A stretch of DNA of 64,000 nt from a candidate division FCPU426 bacterium (GTDB lineage: Bacteria > Oederibacteriota > Muellerivitia > Muellerivitales > DAHXKG01). The first letter of the stretch is position 1, and each line of letters starts with the position of its first letter. The DNA lies in NCBI GenBank assembly GCA_027366525.1, contig DAHXKG010000003.1:72097-136096 (forward strand), given 5' to 3'. Below, piece by piece: positions 47,371 to 57,269 of this stretch. The notes below the pieces were generated by a model that did no database searches, had not been told where the DNA came from, and saw only the letters and a list, made by a program, of their open reading frames with translations. Both the position numbers and the translations under genes were made by a program.

Positions 47371-50097
47371 ATGAGTTATATACCCATTTCTTTTGAAGAT
47401 GAACAAGCCATGTTGAAAACCATTGGAGCAGCCCGGATGGAAGATCTATTTGTTGATGTTCCACCGTCCGTGATTTTGAAAAATGGTTTAAATCTTCCTT
47501 CGCAAATGAGTGAAATCGAATTAAAACGGTATTTCCGATCTATTGAGAAAAATAACGTTGTAGTTTCCGATCAACCTTGTTTTTTAGGGGCGGGATATTA
47601 TTATCATGAGGTTCCAGCCGTCGTTAAATCTGTTGTGACACGGCCGGAATTTTTAACTTCTTATACACCCTATCAACCAGAAATTGCTCAAGGAACATTA
47701 CAAGTGCTTTTTGATTTTCAATCGTATATGGTGGAATTGACGGGTTTAGAAGTATCAAATGCATCTTTATATGATGGAGCTACCGCAGTTGCCGAAGCAG
47801 TTTTGTTAGGCCTTAGAGTTCAAAAAACTCAAACCGTGCTTTTATCACGTGCTATACATCCGGAATATCGACAAACAATTAAAACTTATTTATCGCCAAG
47901 AGAGATCCCTTGCTTGGAAATTCCATTGGAAGGGGTTCAAACACATTTGGAATTTTTAAAGCAAAACCTGGTACCGCAATCGGTTGTGGTTATTCAATTT
48001 CCCAATTTTTTTGGAGAGATAGAAGATTTAAAAGCGATTTCAGAATTAGTAAAATCCAAGGATGGATTTTTAATCGTTGCAGTAGCGGAAGCCATGCACC
48101 TCGGTCTTTTCCCTTCTATGGGTTCGCTGAATGTGGATGTTTGTGCCGGCAGTGCTCAATCTTTTGGAAACCCATTGTCGTTTGGGGGGCCTCATGCAGG
48201 GTTTTTAACCACGAAACTGGAATTTGTTCGTCAAGTACCGGGGCGTATTGTTGGAGAAACGATGGATCATCGTGGCAACCCGGGACTAGTGTTAACCTTT
48301 CAAGCTCGTGAACAACATATTCGACGAGAAAAAGCCGTCAGTAATGTTTGTACGACACAATCCCTAATGGCTAATTTTGCATCCGCTTGGCTTTACTTAA
48401 AAGGGGGTAAAAATGTTCAAGAAATAGCGCTTAGTGGAATTAAAAATGCCCATTTTTTAGTAAAAGAATTAAAAAAAGATCCGACTTTTTCAATTCTGTC
48501 TTCAGCATATACCAATGAATTTGTTCTCAAAACGTCTAAAAAGGGATTGACGAGTTTTTTGTCACAATGGGGTTTGATTGCGCCATATGATCTGTCGAGT
48601 GACTATCCTGAAATGGAACAATGTGTTTTAGTATCAACGACGGAGGTGACCAGTTTAGAAGATTTAAAAACTTTTCTCGCAGCTTGTAGTGAATTTTCAG
48701 GAAATGCTTTAGCAGCGCCGGCGTTAGATCAAATTGGAGAGATTCCTTCTTGGGTTATTCGGCGCTCCACCCCTAATTTTCCAGAGCACTCGGAGATTGA
48801 ATTGGTCCGATATTATTCACGATTAGCCAAAACCAATTTTTGTATTGATGAAGGATTTTATCCTTTGGGATCATGCACCATGAAATATAATCCGAAAATT
48901 AATGAGGAAATTGCTTTGCAAGATGCTTGGACAAATCTTCATCCCTTACAACGCGAAGAAGAGGTTCAAGGGGCTCTTCAAGTGATGTACGAATTGGAAC
49001 AATGGTTAAAAGAAATAACGGGATGTTTGGCATTCACGCTTCAACCGGCAGCAGGAGCACATGGCGAGTGGACGGCATTATCAATGGCTAAAAAGTATTT
49101 TCAGGACCATGGAGAATCTAACCGAGTACAAGTTTTAGTTCCGGATTCATCACATGGAACCAATCCTGCATCAGCGACGATGGTGGGATGGCAGTGCGTG
49201 AGTATTCCAACCAACACGAGAGGCAATTTGAATTTAGAAGCTTTAAAATCCAAGCTGGGAAAAAATACGGCAGTGCTGATGTTAACTAATCCAAATACGT
49301 TGGGTTTATTTGAAGAACAAATCCTTGAAATATCTAAGTTGGTTCATGATGCTGGAGGACTACTGTATTATGACGGAGCCAACATGAATGCGATTTTGGG
49401 CATTTGCCGGCCAGCCGATATGGGATTTGATTTAGTTCATTTGAATTTGCATAAAACTTTTTCAACACCGCATGGCGGCGGTGGGCCTGGAAGTGGACCC
49501 GTGGGAGCCAGTTTGAAACTGGAACCCTACTTACCTAATCCCCGAGTGATGAAAGAAGGGAATCGATATTTTTTGAAATATCACGACTCTACAATTGGAC
49601 GCGTAAAGGGTAATGTTGGAAATTTTGGAGTCCTTTTGCGAGCTTTGGTTTACTGTAAACGCAATGGGAAATCTGGGTTGGAAAAAATTGGACGTATTGC
49701 GACGTTGAACGCCAATTACTTAAAAACCTTGTTAAAAGATCACTATCCGGTTGCGTTTGATCGAGAATGTAAGCACGAATTTGTCTTAACAATGGAATCC
49801 ATCAAAAAAAAATTCAATATTTCGGCGTTAGATATTGCGAAACGGTTAATTGATTTGCATTATCATCCTCCCACGATATATTTTCCGCTGATTGTGCCTG
49901 AAGCCATGATGATTGAACCAACGGAAACAGAAACCAAACAAACGTTAGATGAATTTGCAAAAGCAATGATTCAAATTCGACAAGAAATCGAGACGGATCC
50001 CCAGAAACTTAAGCAAGCCCCTATATCTTCAATTGTTGGACGGTTGGATGAGGTTTTAGCAATTAAGGAGCCTCGATTAATTCGGAAATGGAGTTGA
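47371..50097 (+). CDS. gcvP: glycine dehydrogenase (decarboxylating) P protein, fused alpha/beta form
   Basis: PLP-lysine region HLNLHKTFSTPHGGGGPG; 908 aa. Confidence 0.95.
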   Translation: MSYIPISFEDEQAMLKTIGAARMEDLFVDVPPSVILKNGLNLPSQMSEIELKRYFRSIEKNNVVVSDQPCFLGAGYYYHEVPAVVKSVVTRPEFLTSYTPYQPEIAQGTLQVLFDFQSYMVELTGLEVSNASLYDGATAVAEAVLLGLRVQKTQTVLLSRAIHPEYRQTIKTYLSPREIPCLEIPLEGVQTHLEFLKQNLVPQSVVVIQFPNFFGEIEDLKAISELVKSKDGFLIVAVAEAMHLGLFPSMGSLNVDVCAGSAQSFGNPLSFGGPHAGFLTTKLEFVRQVPGRIVGETMDHRGNPGLVLTFQAREQHIRREKAVSNVCTTQSLMANFASAWLYLKGGKNVQEIALSGIKNAHFLVKELKKDPTFSILSSAYTNEFVLKTSKKGLTSFLSQWGLIAPYDLSSDYPEMEQCVLVSTTEVTSLEDLKTFLAACSEFSGNALAAPALDQIGEIPSWVIRRSTPNFPEHSEIELVRYYSRLAKTNFCIDEGFYPLGSCTMKYNPKINEEIALQDAWTNLHPLQREEEVQGALQVMYELEQWLKEITGCLAFTLQPAAGAHGEWTALSMAKKYFQDHGESNRVQVLVPDSSHGTNPASATMVGWQCVSIPTNTRGNLNLEALKSKLGKNTAVLMLTNPNTLGLFEEQILEISKLVHDAGGLLYYDGANMNAILGICRPADMGFDLVHLNLHKTFSTPHGGGGPGSGPVGASLKLEPYLPNPRVMKEGNRYFLKYHDSTIGRVKGNVGNFGVLLRALVYCKRNGKSGLEKIGRIATLNANYLKTLLKDHYPVAFDRECKHEFVLTMESIKKKFNISALDIAKRLIDLHYHPPTIYFPLIVPEAMMIEPTETETKQTLDEFAKAMIQIRQEIETDPQKLKQAPISSIVGRLDEVLAIKEPRLIRKWS

Positions 50098-50114
50098 AAG
50101 TAGTTAGATAAAAT

Positions 50115-50984
50115 ATGGTTCAAGAATTGCGCCCAAAATTTCATGAATGGGTTAATCCCCACCCGAAGGTTCGCTTCCGTGAAGAAATAGCCAAACTGCC
50201 CATGAATGGGCTTTTTACGATTTGTGAAGAAGCGAAATGTCCCAATCGTGGCGAATGTTTACCCAAACATCGAACACTTTCCATAATGGTTATGGGCCGG
50301 ATTTGTACCCGTCGATGTCCCTTTTGTTCTGTCTCCACTGGCAAACCTGAGCCGCTGGATCCATGGGAACCTCAAAAAGTATCGACGTTAGCCCAGACAC
50401 TGAATTTAAAATACTTAGTAATGACTTCTCCCAATCGAGATGAACTGCCGGATGGAGGCGCTTCCCAGTGGGTTAAAATTATTTCTACTTTAAGACATCA
50501 GAATCCAGAATTAAAAATTGAAATTTTAGTTCCAGATTTTCAAGGGCGTCAGGAAGCTTTGGAGCAATTATTACAGAATCCCCCCGATGTTTTAGCGCAC
50601 GATCTTCAAACGGTTCCACGATTATATCCAACCATCCGTCCAGGCGCACAATACCATCGATCCTTGTCCATCTTTCAATGGTTTAAACCGCGTTTAACTG
50701 GCCAAAGAAAAAATATATTTTTGAAAGCAGGGATGATGGTTGGTCTCGGGGAAAAACACGAAGAAGTTTTTCAGGTTTTAGAAGATTCAAAAAAGGCAGG
50801 CGTGGATTTTTTTACCATTGGTCAATATCTAAAACCCCCGGGATCCATGCTGGAAGTGGTGGAATATTTACCTCAAGAAGATTATGAGCGATTTAAAAAT
50901 TTCGGACAGAAATTAGGGTTGCGTGTGCAAGCCAGTCCATTAACTCGGTCCAGCTATTTAGCAGATCAACTGACACAACAATAA
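50115..50984 (+). CDS. lipA: lipoyl synthase (radical SAM)
   Basis: CEEAKCPNRGEC auxiliary cluster and CTRRCPFC radical-SAM motif. Confidence 0.9.
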   Translation: MVQELRPKFHEWVNPHPKVRFREEIAKLPMNGLFTICEEAKCPNRGECLPKHRTLSIMVMGRICTRRCPFCSVSTGKPEPLDPWEPQKVSTLAQTLNLKYLVMTSPNRDELPDGGASQWVKIISTLRHQNPELKIEILVPDFQGRQEALEQLLQNPPDVLAHDLQTVPRLYPTIRPGAQYHRSLSIFQWFKPRLTGQRKNIFLKAGMMVGLGEKHEEVFQVLEDSKKAGVDFFTIGQYLKPPGSMLEVVEYLPQEDYERFKNFGQKLGLRVQASPLTRSSYLADQLTQQ

Positions 50985-51067
50985 ATCATTTTAAAAAATT
51001 TATCCCTTGATTCTTGAGTAACTCGAGGATGTATCATTTGAATAAATCGTAGTTTGGAGGGGAAACA

Positions 51068-51862
51068 ATGGAATCCAAAAATGCTGAAGAAATCAAAGGC
51101 ATTGTTCGTGAACAATATGGGGTCATAGCTGAATCGCAAGGAAGGTCATGTTGTGGAAATAAAAAGGCGGGGTTCTCATATCGAGAAGTACAAGAAGAGT
51201 ATTCCCAACTTCCAGGCTATCAAGTGGAAGCTGATCTCGGGGTAGGATGTGGATTACCAACTCAATTGGCTCAAATTCACCACGGCGATTGGGTATTGGA
51301 TTTAGGTTGTGGAGCTGGTAATGATGTTTTTATTGCGCGCCATTTAGTTGGTGATCAAGGTCGGGTGATTGGGGTCGACATGACTTTTCAAATGATTGAA
51401 AAAGCGAATGCCAACAATAAAAAATTTGGATATTCCAACGTTGAATTTATTTTGGGAGAAATTGAATCGCTTCCCCTTCCCAGTACCTATGTGGATATTG
51501 TAATCAGCAATTGTGTTCTTAACCTTGTCCCCAATAAAAAACAGGCTTTTAAAGAAATATTCCGCGTTCTTAAATTGGGCGGGCATTTTTGTGTTTCAGA
51601 TATTGTGCTTGAGCAAGACCTTCCATTAAACGCGAGGTCAGAAATGGCGCTTTATGCCGGGTGTATTTCAGGTGCCATTCAACGTTCACTTTACCTATCT
51701 TACCTTCAAGAAGCTGGATTTGTTGGAATCCAAGTTCCCAAAAAACGGAAAGTGACCATACCTCAAGAAATACTCTTGAAATACTTCAATACACAAGAAC
51801 TTGAAGCCTGGAACCAAAACAATGGCGTTTATAGTATAACGGTTATAGGGGCCAAACCATAA
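51068..51862 (+). CDS. arsM: arsenite S-adenosylmethionine methyltransferase-like (ArsM family)
   Basis: N-terminal VREQYG..SCCG; SAM motif VLDLGCGAGND; conserved Cys in SNCVLNL and YAGCISGA matching ArsM catalytic cysteines. Confidence 0.55.
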   Translation: MESKNAEEIKGIVREQYGVIAESQGRSCCGNKKAGFSYREVQEEYSQLPGYQVEADLGVGCGLPTQLAQIHHGDWVLDLGCGAGNDVFIARHLVGDQGRVIGVDMTFQMIEKANANNKKFGYSNVEFILGEIESLPLPSTYVDIVISNCVLNLVPNKKQAFKEIFRVLKLGGHFCVSDIVLEQDLPLNARSEMALYAGCISGAIQRSLYLSYLQEAGFVGIQVPKKRKVTIPQEILLKYFNTQELEAWNQNNGVYSITVIGAKP

Positions 51863-52104
51863 CATTGTTTAGTTAAAAGTGCGACTTAATCGAGTCCCAG
51901 GGATTGTAGATGACACTGAAATAAAAAATTTCCGTAGGATTGATCATGCTGAAAGGGGAATAAAATTGATTGATCAACGTCATAAAAATTTAAAAATTTT
52001 CAAGTCATGATCTTTGATAGAAAATCAAATCTAAAAGGAGTGAAACTTTTTAAAAAATGTGCCGTCTAAATACAACGAAGGATTATATTGAGGAGGAACG
52101 AAAC

Positions 52105-52677
52105 ATGAATAAATGGATTGCAATGGGGTTAATGCTAGTATTTTTGGCAATGACAATTAAGGGGCAGGCTCAGCCTATCTCGGGGAATAATCAAAAATCT
52201 AAAGTTCAAATTCAACAAATTCAAAAGAAAATTTTTGAGGATCAGCTACAGCTTTTGCAAGATCGGCACATACGCCAAAAATTAATGTTCGAAAAATTTC
52301 AGCAAAAAATGCAACAACGATTACTCAAAACGCAAAAAGTTAAGAACTCCATGAAAGCATATTTTTTGGAAAAGAAATTGAAAATCATGAATAGGGTTCA
52401 ACCGATGTTAAATCAATTATACAAATTAAAAGAAGCGTGGTTAAAAGACCGCATCAGTGGAAATTTTAAAGCAGCCACGCAAGCTGAATTCCAGATTTTT
52501 CAACAACGGCGCCAGCTGCATCGTTTTTGGTTTATGAGATTTTATCGCAGAATGCAACGATGGAGTCAGAAGAAAAAATGGAGTTCGAAAATGATGAGTG
52601 AGGGTGGTCATATGGGGCCAATGCGAGGGAATTGGGAGTGTGGTTTAGGCCAATGCGAGCGCATGCAAAATTATTAA
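52105..52677 (+). CDS. periplasmic Gln-rich coiled-coil protein with Met/His/Cys-rich C-terminus (Spy/CpxP/ZraP-like stress or metal-binding protein, putative)
   Basis: signal peptide; start at MNKWIA preceded by GAGGAGG; C-terminal SEGGHMGPMRGNWECGLGQCERMQ. Confidence 0.35.
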   Translation: MNKWIAMGLMLVFLAMTIKGQAQPISGNNQKSKVQIQQIQKKIFEDQLQLLQDRHIRQKLMFEKFQQKMQQRLLKTQKVKNSMKAYFLEKKLKIMNRVQPMLNQLYKLKEAWLKDRISGNFKAATQAEFQIFQQRRQLHRFWFMRFYRRMQRWSQKKKWSSKMMSEGGHMGPMRGNWECGLGQCERMQNY

Positions 52678-52682
52678 AAAAA

Positions 52683-52720
52683 GGCGGAGGAAAATCCAAC
52701 GATTTTCCTCCGCAGTTAAT
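52683..52720 (+). terminator. rho-independent terminator
   Basis: perfect 12-bp stem gcggaggaaaat/attttcctccgc with 6-nt loop, then T-rich tract. Confidence 0.6.
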
Positions 52721-52820
52721 TTGATAAATAATCAGAATAATAAAGTTAAACATTTTTAGGCTTAGATACGTTACAATGATATTCAAGCATTAAAAATATT
52801 TAGTTTACGAAAGGGAACCA

Positions 52821-53270
52821 ATGAAGAAGAATCAGTTTTATTGTTTAATGGGTGTTCTGATATTTATGGGGATGTTAATTAGTGCTCGCGTGAAAGCCCA
52901 ATCCTCAATGTCGAAAGTTCCGCCCGATTTGCAACGTGCTCAAAAACAACTTTGGAAAGATGAACAACAATTAAATCAAGCTCGATATCAGTTTGCATTA
53001 CTTCGGATGAAATACTTCAAAATTAATCTGGATCAGAAATTACAACGTGAAAAAAGAGAAGGTGATCCCAAAAAGGAAAAATCGTTACAGGAAAAGCTAA
53101 GCTTACTGCCCAATGTAAAAACATTAGTCGATCAGTTGTATCACATGTCTCAAACAGTTCTGAGCTATCAAGAAGCGGGAAGATATGATTTAGCCGACCA
53201 TCTTTCTCAAAAAATTAATAAAAAGAGTCAGGATTTACATCGCTATTTGATGATCATTCGGGGTCGATAA
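52821..53270 (+). CDS. second periplasmic Gln-rich coiled-coil protein (same family as previous)
   Basis: signal peptide; Q/K-rich helical repeats; 149 aa. Confidence 0.35.
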   Translation: MKKNQFYCLMGVLIFMGMLISARVKAQSSMSKVPPDLQRAQKQLWKDEQQLNQARYQFALLRMKYFKINLDQKLQREKREGDPKKEKSLQEKLSLLPNVKTLVDQLYHMSQTVLSYQEAGRYDLADHLSQKINKKSQDLHRYLMIIRGR

Positions 53271-53292
53271 AAGCAATTGTTGATGGCGACTG

Positions 53293-54000
53293 TCAAAAAG
53301 GCAAAAGAACCCTGCGGTCTAACGTAGCAATGACCGCAGGTTTTTTTTGATATAAACCCGTCATGGATTTTTCAAATCGGATTTTTAACTTTCGGTGGAA
53401 TCGCGGTGTTGATATTAAAAGTTTTCCAGTTGTGTTTTTAGATAAGTAAAGATTCTTTTTCAATCGAATGGTAAACAGGGTTTTAAATGAAGTGTCTTTT
53501 GGAAAAGGTGCTTGAGATAGATTAAGGGCCAGCGATTTCGTTCCATATCGCGCAATCCACGAAGCGGAATCTTTGGGATGAAGAAAATTATGAATAGTTC
53601 CCGCTAGACAATCCGTGTGATTAACGATTGCGTACAGCTTACAGTTAGAAGTGACTAATTTTTTACGCAGAAGATGTCGAAAGGCCACGCGTAATTGATC
53701 CCAATATCGGAAAACAAGATCTTCAAACTGTTCGACCCAAACTTTAATTTTGGGTTCAGCCGTGATCCATCCCTTGGCATAGTTATCATATCCCGCCGGA
53801 TCCAAATGATGTTCATCAATAATGATTTGATGTGCTTTACTGGATATATAGATATGATCCTGCAGGTCAACCAAAAATTTTTGCTCTTGAGTTAATATAT
53901 TTCCCATGAATCTATTATATCCTAAAGACTCATAAAAATTGAGTTTTTTATAAAAGGGGGTTTTCAGAGTGTGTGAGAAGTTATAGAATTTATGAAGCAA
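53293..54000 (-). CDS. hypothetical protein (235 aa), unknown function
   Basis: ORF only; conserved-looking His/Cys (NHTDCLAGTIHNFLHP); divergent from the NrtR-like regulator. Confidence 0.35.
   Translation of the reverse strand: MLHKFYNFSHTLKTPFYKKLNFYESLGYNRFMGNILTQEQKFLVDLQDHIYISSKAHQIIIDEHHLDPAGYDNYAKGWITAEPKIKVWVEQFEDLVFRYWDQLRVAFRHLLRKKLVTSNCKLYAIVNHTDCLAGTIHNFLHPKDSASWIARYGTKSLALNLSQAPFPKDTSFKTLFTIRLKKNLYLSKNTTGKLLISTPRFHRKLKIRFEKSMTGLYQKKPAVIATLDRRVLLPF
53311..53348. terminator. bidirectional rho-independent terminator
   Basis: 9-bp stem cctgcggtc/gaccgcagg, 12-nt loop, T8 on plus strand and A-rich tract on the other side; the hairpin also encodes the last 15 aa of the convergent minus-strand ORF. 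Confidence 0.7.
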
Positions 54001-54690
54001 AGTGGAAAGAGAAAAATGAATTTGCTTAATCCTAAAATGGCGGTTGCAGTTGATTTAGTTGTATTTACAGTTGCGGCACGATCGCTGCAAGTATTATTGA
54101 CGCAGCGGCAAGAAGAACCGTTCAAAAATCTTCGGGCGCTCCCCGCCTCGATTATCCATCTGAGTGAAACATTAGACGAAGCAGCTCGGCGTATTCTGCG
54201 GATGATTGCCAAAAGTGAAAATGTTTATTTAGAACAACTGTATTCGTTTAGTCATCCGCGCCGCGATCCCCGGGGGCGTGTGGTGACCGTGGCTTATTTT
54301 GCCTTAGTTAAAGCTGAAAAAGTGGCTTTAATTCCCCAATCAAGCGCAATCTGGTATCCAATCGATGCATTGGAAAAACTTGCATTTGATCACCAAGAAA
54401 TTATTCAATATGCCCTAGAACGATTAAGAAATAAATTAGAGTACACTACGGCGGCGTTTCAATTGCTATCGCAGCGTTTTACATTATCGGAACTCCAAGG
54501 TATATATGAAATTGTGTTGGGAAAAAAAATTGATAAACGCAATTTTAGAAAAAAACTTAAAGCCCTAAATATTTTGAAAGATTGCGGAATGGTTAAGCGA
54601 GAAGGCAATCATCGTCCAGCGCGACTTTATACTTTTTCAGAATTCCGTTTTATTAAGCTGAGAGATCGAGGGATTCTTTTTCCTTTTTAG
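53992..54690 (+). CDS. Nudix-related transcriptional regulator (degenerate Nudix domain plus C-terminal winged-helix, NrtR-like)
   Basis: Nudix fold with degenerate box SETLDEAARRILRMIA (REE..G lost); basic C-terminal wHTH-like segment. Confidence 0.45.
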   Translation: MKQSGKRKMNLLNPKMAVAVDLVVFTVAARSLQVLLTQRQEEPFKNLRALPASIIHLSETLDEAARRILRMIAKSENVYLEQLYSFSHPRRDPRGRVVTVAYFALVKAEKVALIPQSSAIWYPIDALEKLAFDHQEIIQYALERLRNKLEYTTAAFQLLSQRFTLSELQGIYEIVLGKKIDKRNFRKKLKALNILKDCGMVKREGNHRPARLYTFSEFRFIKLRDRGILFPF

Positions 54691-55154
54691 TTTGGGTAAG
54701 GAGCATAGTATGATGAAAATCAGAATTGCGACGATGAATATTTTGTTGGTAAAAGTTGATATTTTGAGGATAAACAGCATACAATAAACGAATAGATCAT
54801 TGATTTCAAATTTATATCAATTTCCAAATTCGAGCAAAAAATTTGGATGGGATCCGTTCTGCAAAAAGTCATTTCCTTTTTTGAAATCAAAAGGAATTTA
54901 TATAAAAAATTAGGAATTTGAATTTAGGTATTGAATCGATTTAAACTCCATGACAAGAACATCAGTGCAGTAATTAATATCAAAGCAATAAGGTTAAAAC
55001 ATACGGTGGGGAGTACCGGAATTAACGCTTCTGGAGAGCAAGCAATTGTGGCTCACTCGTTGAAAGAAGAATATATACAGGCCTTGATTCGTAACAACGC
55101 TTCAATGCCTCAAGTATATAATTCCCAAAAATTATTAGGTGGAGGAATGGATTT

Positions 55155-56582
55155 ATGACAATTGAATCAAAAAAGGCATCTTTGGGATTAATCGGATTGG
55201 CAGTCATGGGACAGAATTTAGCTTTGAATATTGCGGATCATGGATTTCCCATTGCTGTTTTTACGCATACAGTATCGAAAGTCTCGGATTTTATTGCAAA
55301 AAATCCTCACAAGAATTTAATCGGAACCAAAAGTTTGGAAGAACTCGTGCAGGTTTTAGAAAAGCCACGACGTTTAATTTTAATGATTAAGGCAGGGGAT
55401 CCAGTCGATGAGATGATCGCAAAATTAAAGCCATTATTAGAAGCCGGAGACATCATTATTGATGGTGGGAATTCTTGGTTTAAGGATACCCAGCGACGCG
55501 AAGCCGAATTATCCAAAGTTAATTTAAATTTTTTTGGATCAGGCGTTTCTGGAGGAGAGGAAGGCGCTCGATTGGGGCCTTCTTTAATGCCGGGAGGCAG
55601 TCGCGAAGCATATGAAAAAGTTCGTCCAGTATTTGAAGCCATAGCGGCTCAAACAAATTCAGGGCCATGTGTGACCTACGTGGGACCGAATGGGGCCGGT
55701 CATTTTGTTAAAATGATTCATAATGGGATTGAATATGGCGACATGCAACTGATTGCAGAAGCTTATGATCTCCTTAAGCGTGTCGTAGGGTTATCGAATA
55801 CAGAGTTAGCGGAGGTGTTCCAGAAATGGAATCAGGGTATTTTATCCTCTTTTTTAATTGAAATTACGGCTAAAATTTTTTCAGTGATGGATCCGGAAAC
55901 TAAAAAACCATTAGTGGATTTAATTTTAGACCAAGCGGGACAAAAGGGGACGGGAAAGTGGACGGTACAAATTGCCATGGAATTGGGTGTAGCGATTCCA
56001 ACCATCACTGCGGCCATTGATTCAAGGGCCATTTCAAGCATGAAGGAAGAACGGGTAGCAGCTGCTCAGCGCATTCCAGGGCCAGCAGTTCATTTGAAAA
56101 CGGAAGAAAAAAAGCAATGGATACAAGCCATTCATGATGCGCTTTATGCTTCAAAAATTTGTTCCTATGCCCAAGGGATGCGATTAATTCAAGAAGGTTC
56201 TAAAACATATCATTGGAATATTAATTTAAGAGAAACTGCTCGAATTTGGAAAGGCGGGTGCATTATCCGCGCAGTCTTTTTGGATTCTATTATGAAAGCT
56301 TTTGAGAAAAACAATAATTTGCCAAGCTTGATATTGGATGATGCTTTTCTTTCTAAAATTGTTGATTCAGAAGCTTCATGGAGAAAAACAGTAGCTTTGG
56401 CAGTGGAAAACGGAATCCCAGTACCTTCTATGAGCGCGAGTTTAGCTTATTTTGATAGCTATCGAACAGCACAACTGCCACAAAACTTGACCCAGGCACA
56501 ACGGGATTTATTTGGGGCTCATACCTTTCAACGAATCGATCACCCAGAAAGAGGATTTGTACATTTTGAGTGGTTAAAGTAG
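55155..56582 (+). CDS. gnd: 6-phosphogluconate dehydrogenase, decarboxylating
   Basis: LGLIGLAVMGQNLALNIADHGF NAD(P)-binding motif; 475 aa. Confidence 0.9.
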   Translation: MTIESKKASLGLIGLAVMGQNLALNIADHGFPIAVFTHTVSKVSDFIAKNPHKNLIGTKSLEELVQVLEKPRRLILMIKAGDPVDEMIAKLKPLLEAGDIIIDGGNSWFKDTQRREAELSKVNLNFFGSGVSGGEEGARLGPSLMPGGSREAYEKVRPVFEAIAAQTNSGPCVTYVGPNGAGHFVKMIHNGIEYGDMQLIAEAYDLLKRVVGLSNTELAEVFQKWNQGILSSFLIEITAKIFSVMDPETKKPLVDLILDQAGQKGTGKWTVQIAMELGVAIPTITAAIDSRAISSMKEERVAAAQRIPGPAVHLKTEEKKQWIQAIHDALYASKICSYAQGMRLIQEGSKTYHWNINLRETARIWKGGCIIRAVFLDSIMKAFEKNNNLPSLILDDAFLSKIVDSEASWRKTVALAVENGIPVPSMSASLAYFDSYRTAQLPQNLTQAQRDLFGAHTFQRIDHPERGFVHFEWLK

Positions 56583-56633
56583 AATGAGATCTCAAGGTAA
56601 TACAGTTTAATTCAGTCCCAAGGAGAAGAGTTT

Positions 56634-57218
56634 ATGCGCATCAATCCTAAAATTTTGATTTTAAGCTTAGGTCTTTTGTTAATGCCACTTTATGCGTTAG
56701 CAACACGAATTGATTATGGCGTAAAAGTGGGATTAAATGTTTCAAGTCTTTACGGAAGTGCAATTTTAAATGCAGTAAAGTACAAAAATGGATTGACGGT
56801 GGGAGGGTTTGTAACCATTCCGATATTGGATCCAATAGCCATTGAACCTGAAGTTCTGTTCTCTCAAGAGGGGGGGCAAAGTTCAACGGGCTCGGTTCAA
56901 TTAAACTATATTGAAGTACCGCTTTTGATTAAATGTTATTTAATTGATAATGGACCAATTCGGCCAAATATCTATGTCGGTCCCGATATCGGTGCCCTTT
57001 TAAGTGCTCAATCAACAGTGAACTCCGTATCAGGAAATTTAAAAAGCCAAATTGATAGTGCCGATTATGGCATTGTTATAGGTGGCGGCTTAGATATTAA
57101 TCCATTTACCATCGAGTTTCGTTATACGGCAGGGGAGCGACAAATTTCCAATATGGCAAGTGTGTCAAACCTAAAAAATGGAGTGAAGTCTATTTTAGTC
57201 GGACTTAATTTTAATTAA
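56634..57218 (+). CDS. small outer-membrane beta-barrel protein (OmpW/OmpA-like barrel family)
   Basis: signal peptide; alternating amphipathic strands; 194 aa. Confidence 0.5.
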   Translation: MRINPKILILSLGLLLMPLYALATRIDYGVKVGLNVSSLYGSAILNAVKYKNGLTVGGFVTIPILDPIAIEPEVLFSQEGGQSSTGSVQLNYIEVPLLIKCYLIDNGPIRPNIYVGPDIGALLSAQSTVNSVSGNLKSQIDSADYGIVIGGGLDINPFTIEFRYTAGERQISNMASVSNLKNGVKSILVGLNFN

Positions 57219-57269
57219 ATTTTAAAGCAAATAAAAAATCTATAATTTTAACGAATTATAGATTTTTTA

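Noticed and set aside
54931-55158. 75-aa ORF just upstream of gnd
   Set aside because: It ends by overlapping the gnd start and its RBS, and has no recognisable motif. It is probably part of the gnd 5' UTR; a terminator-like hairpin tcctttt/aaaagga at about 54878..54900 precedes it.
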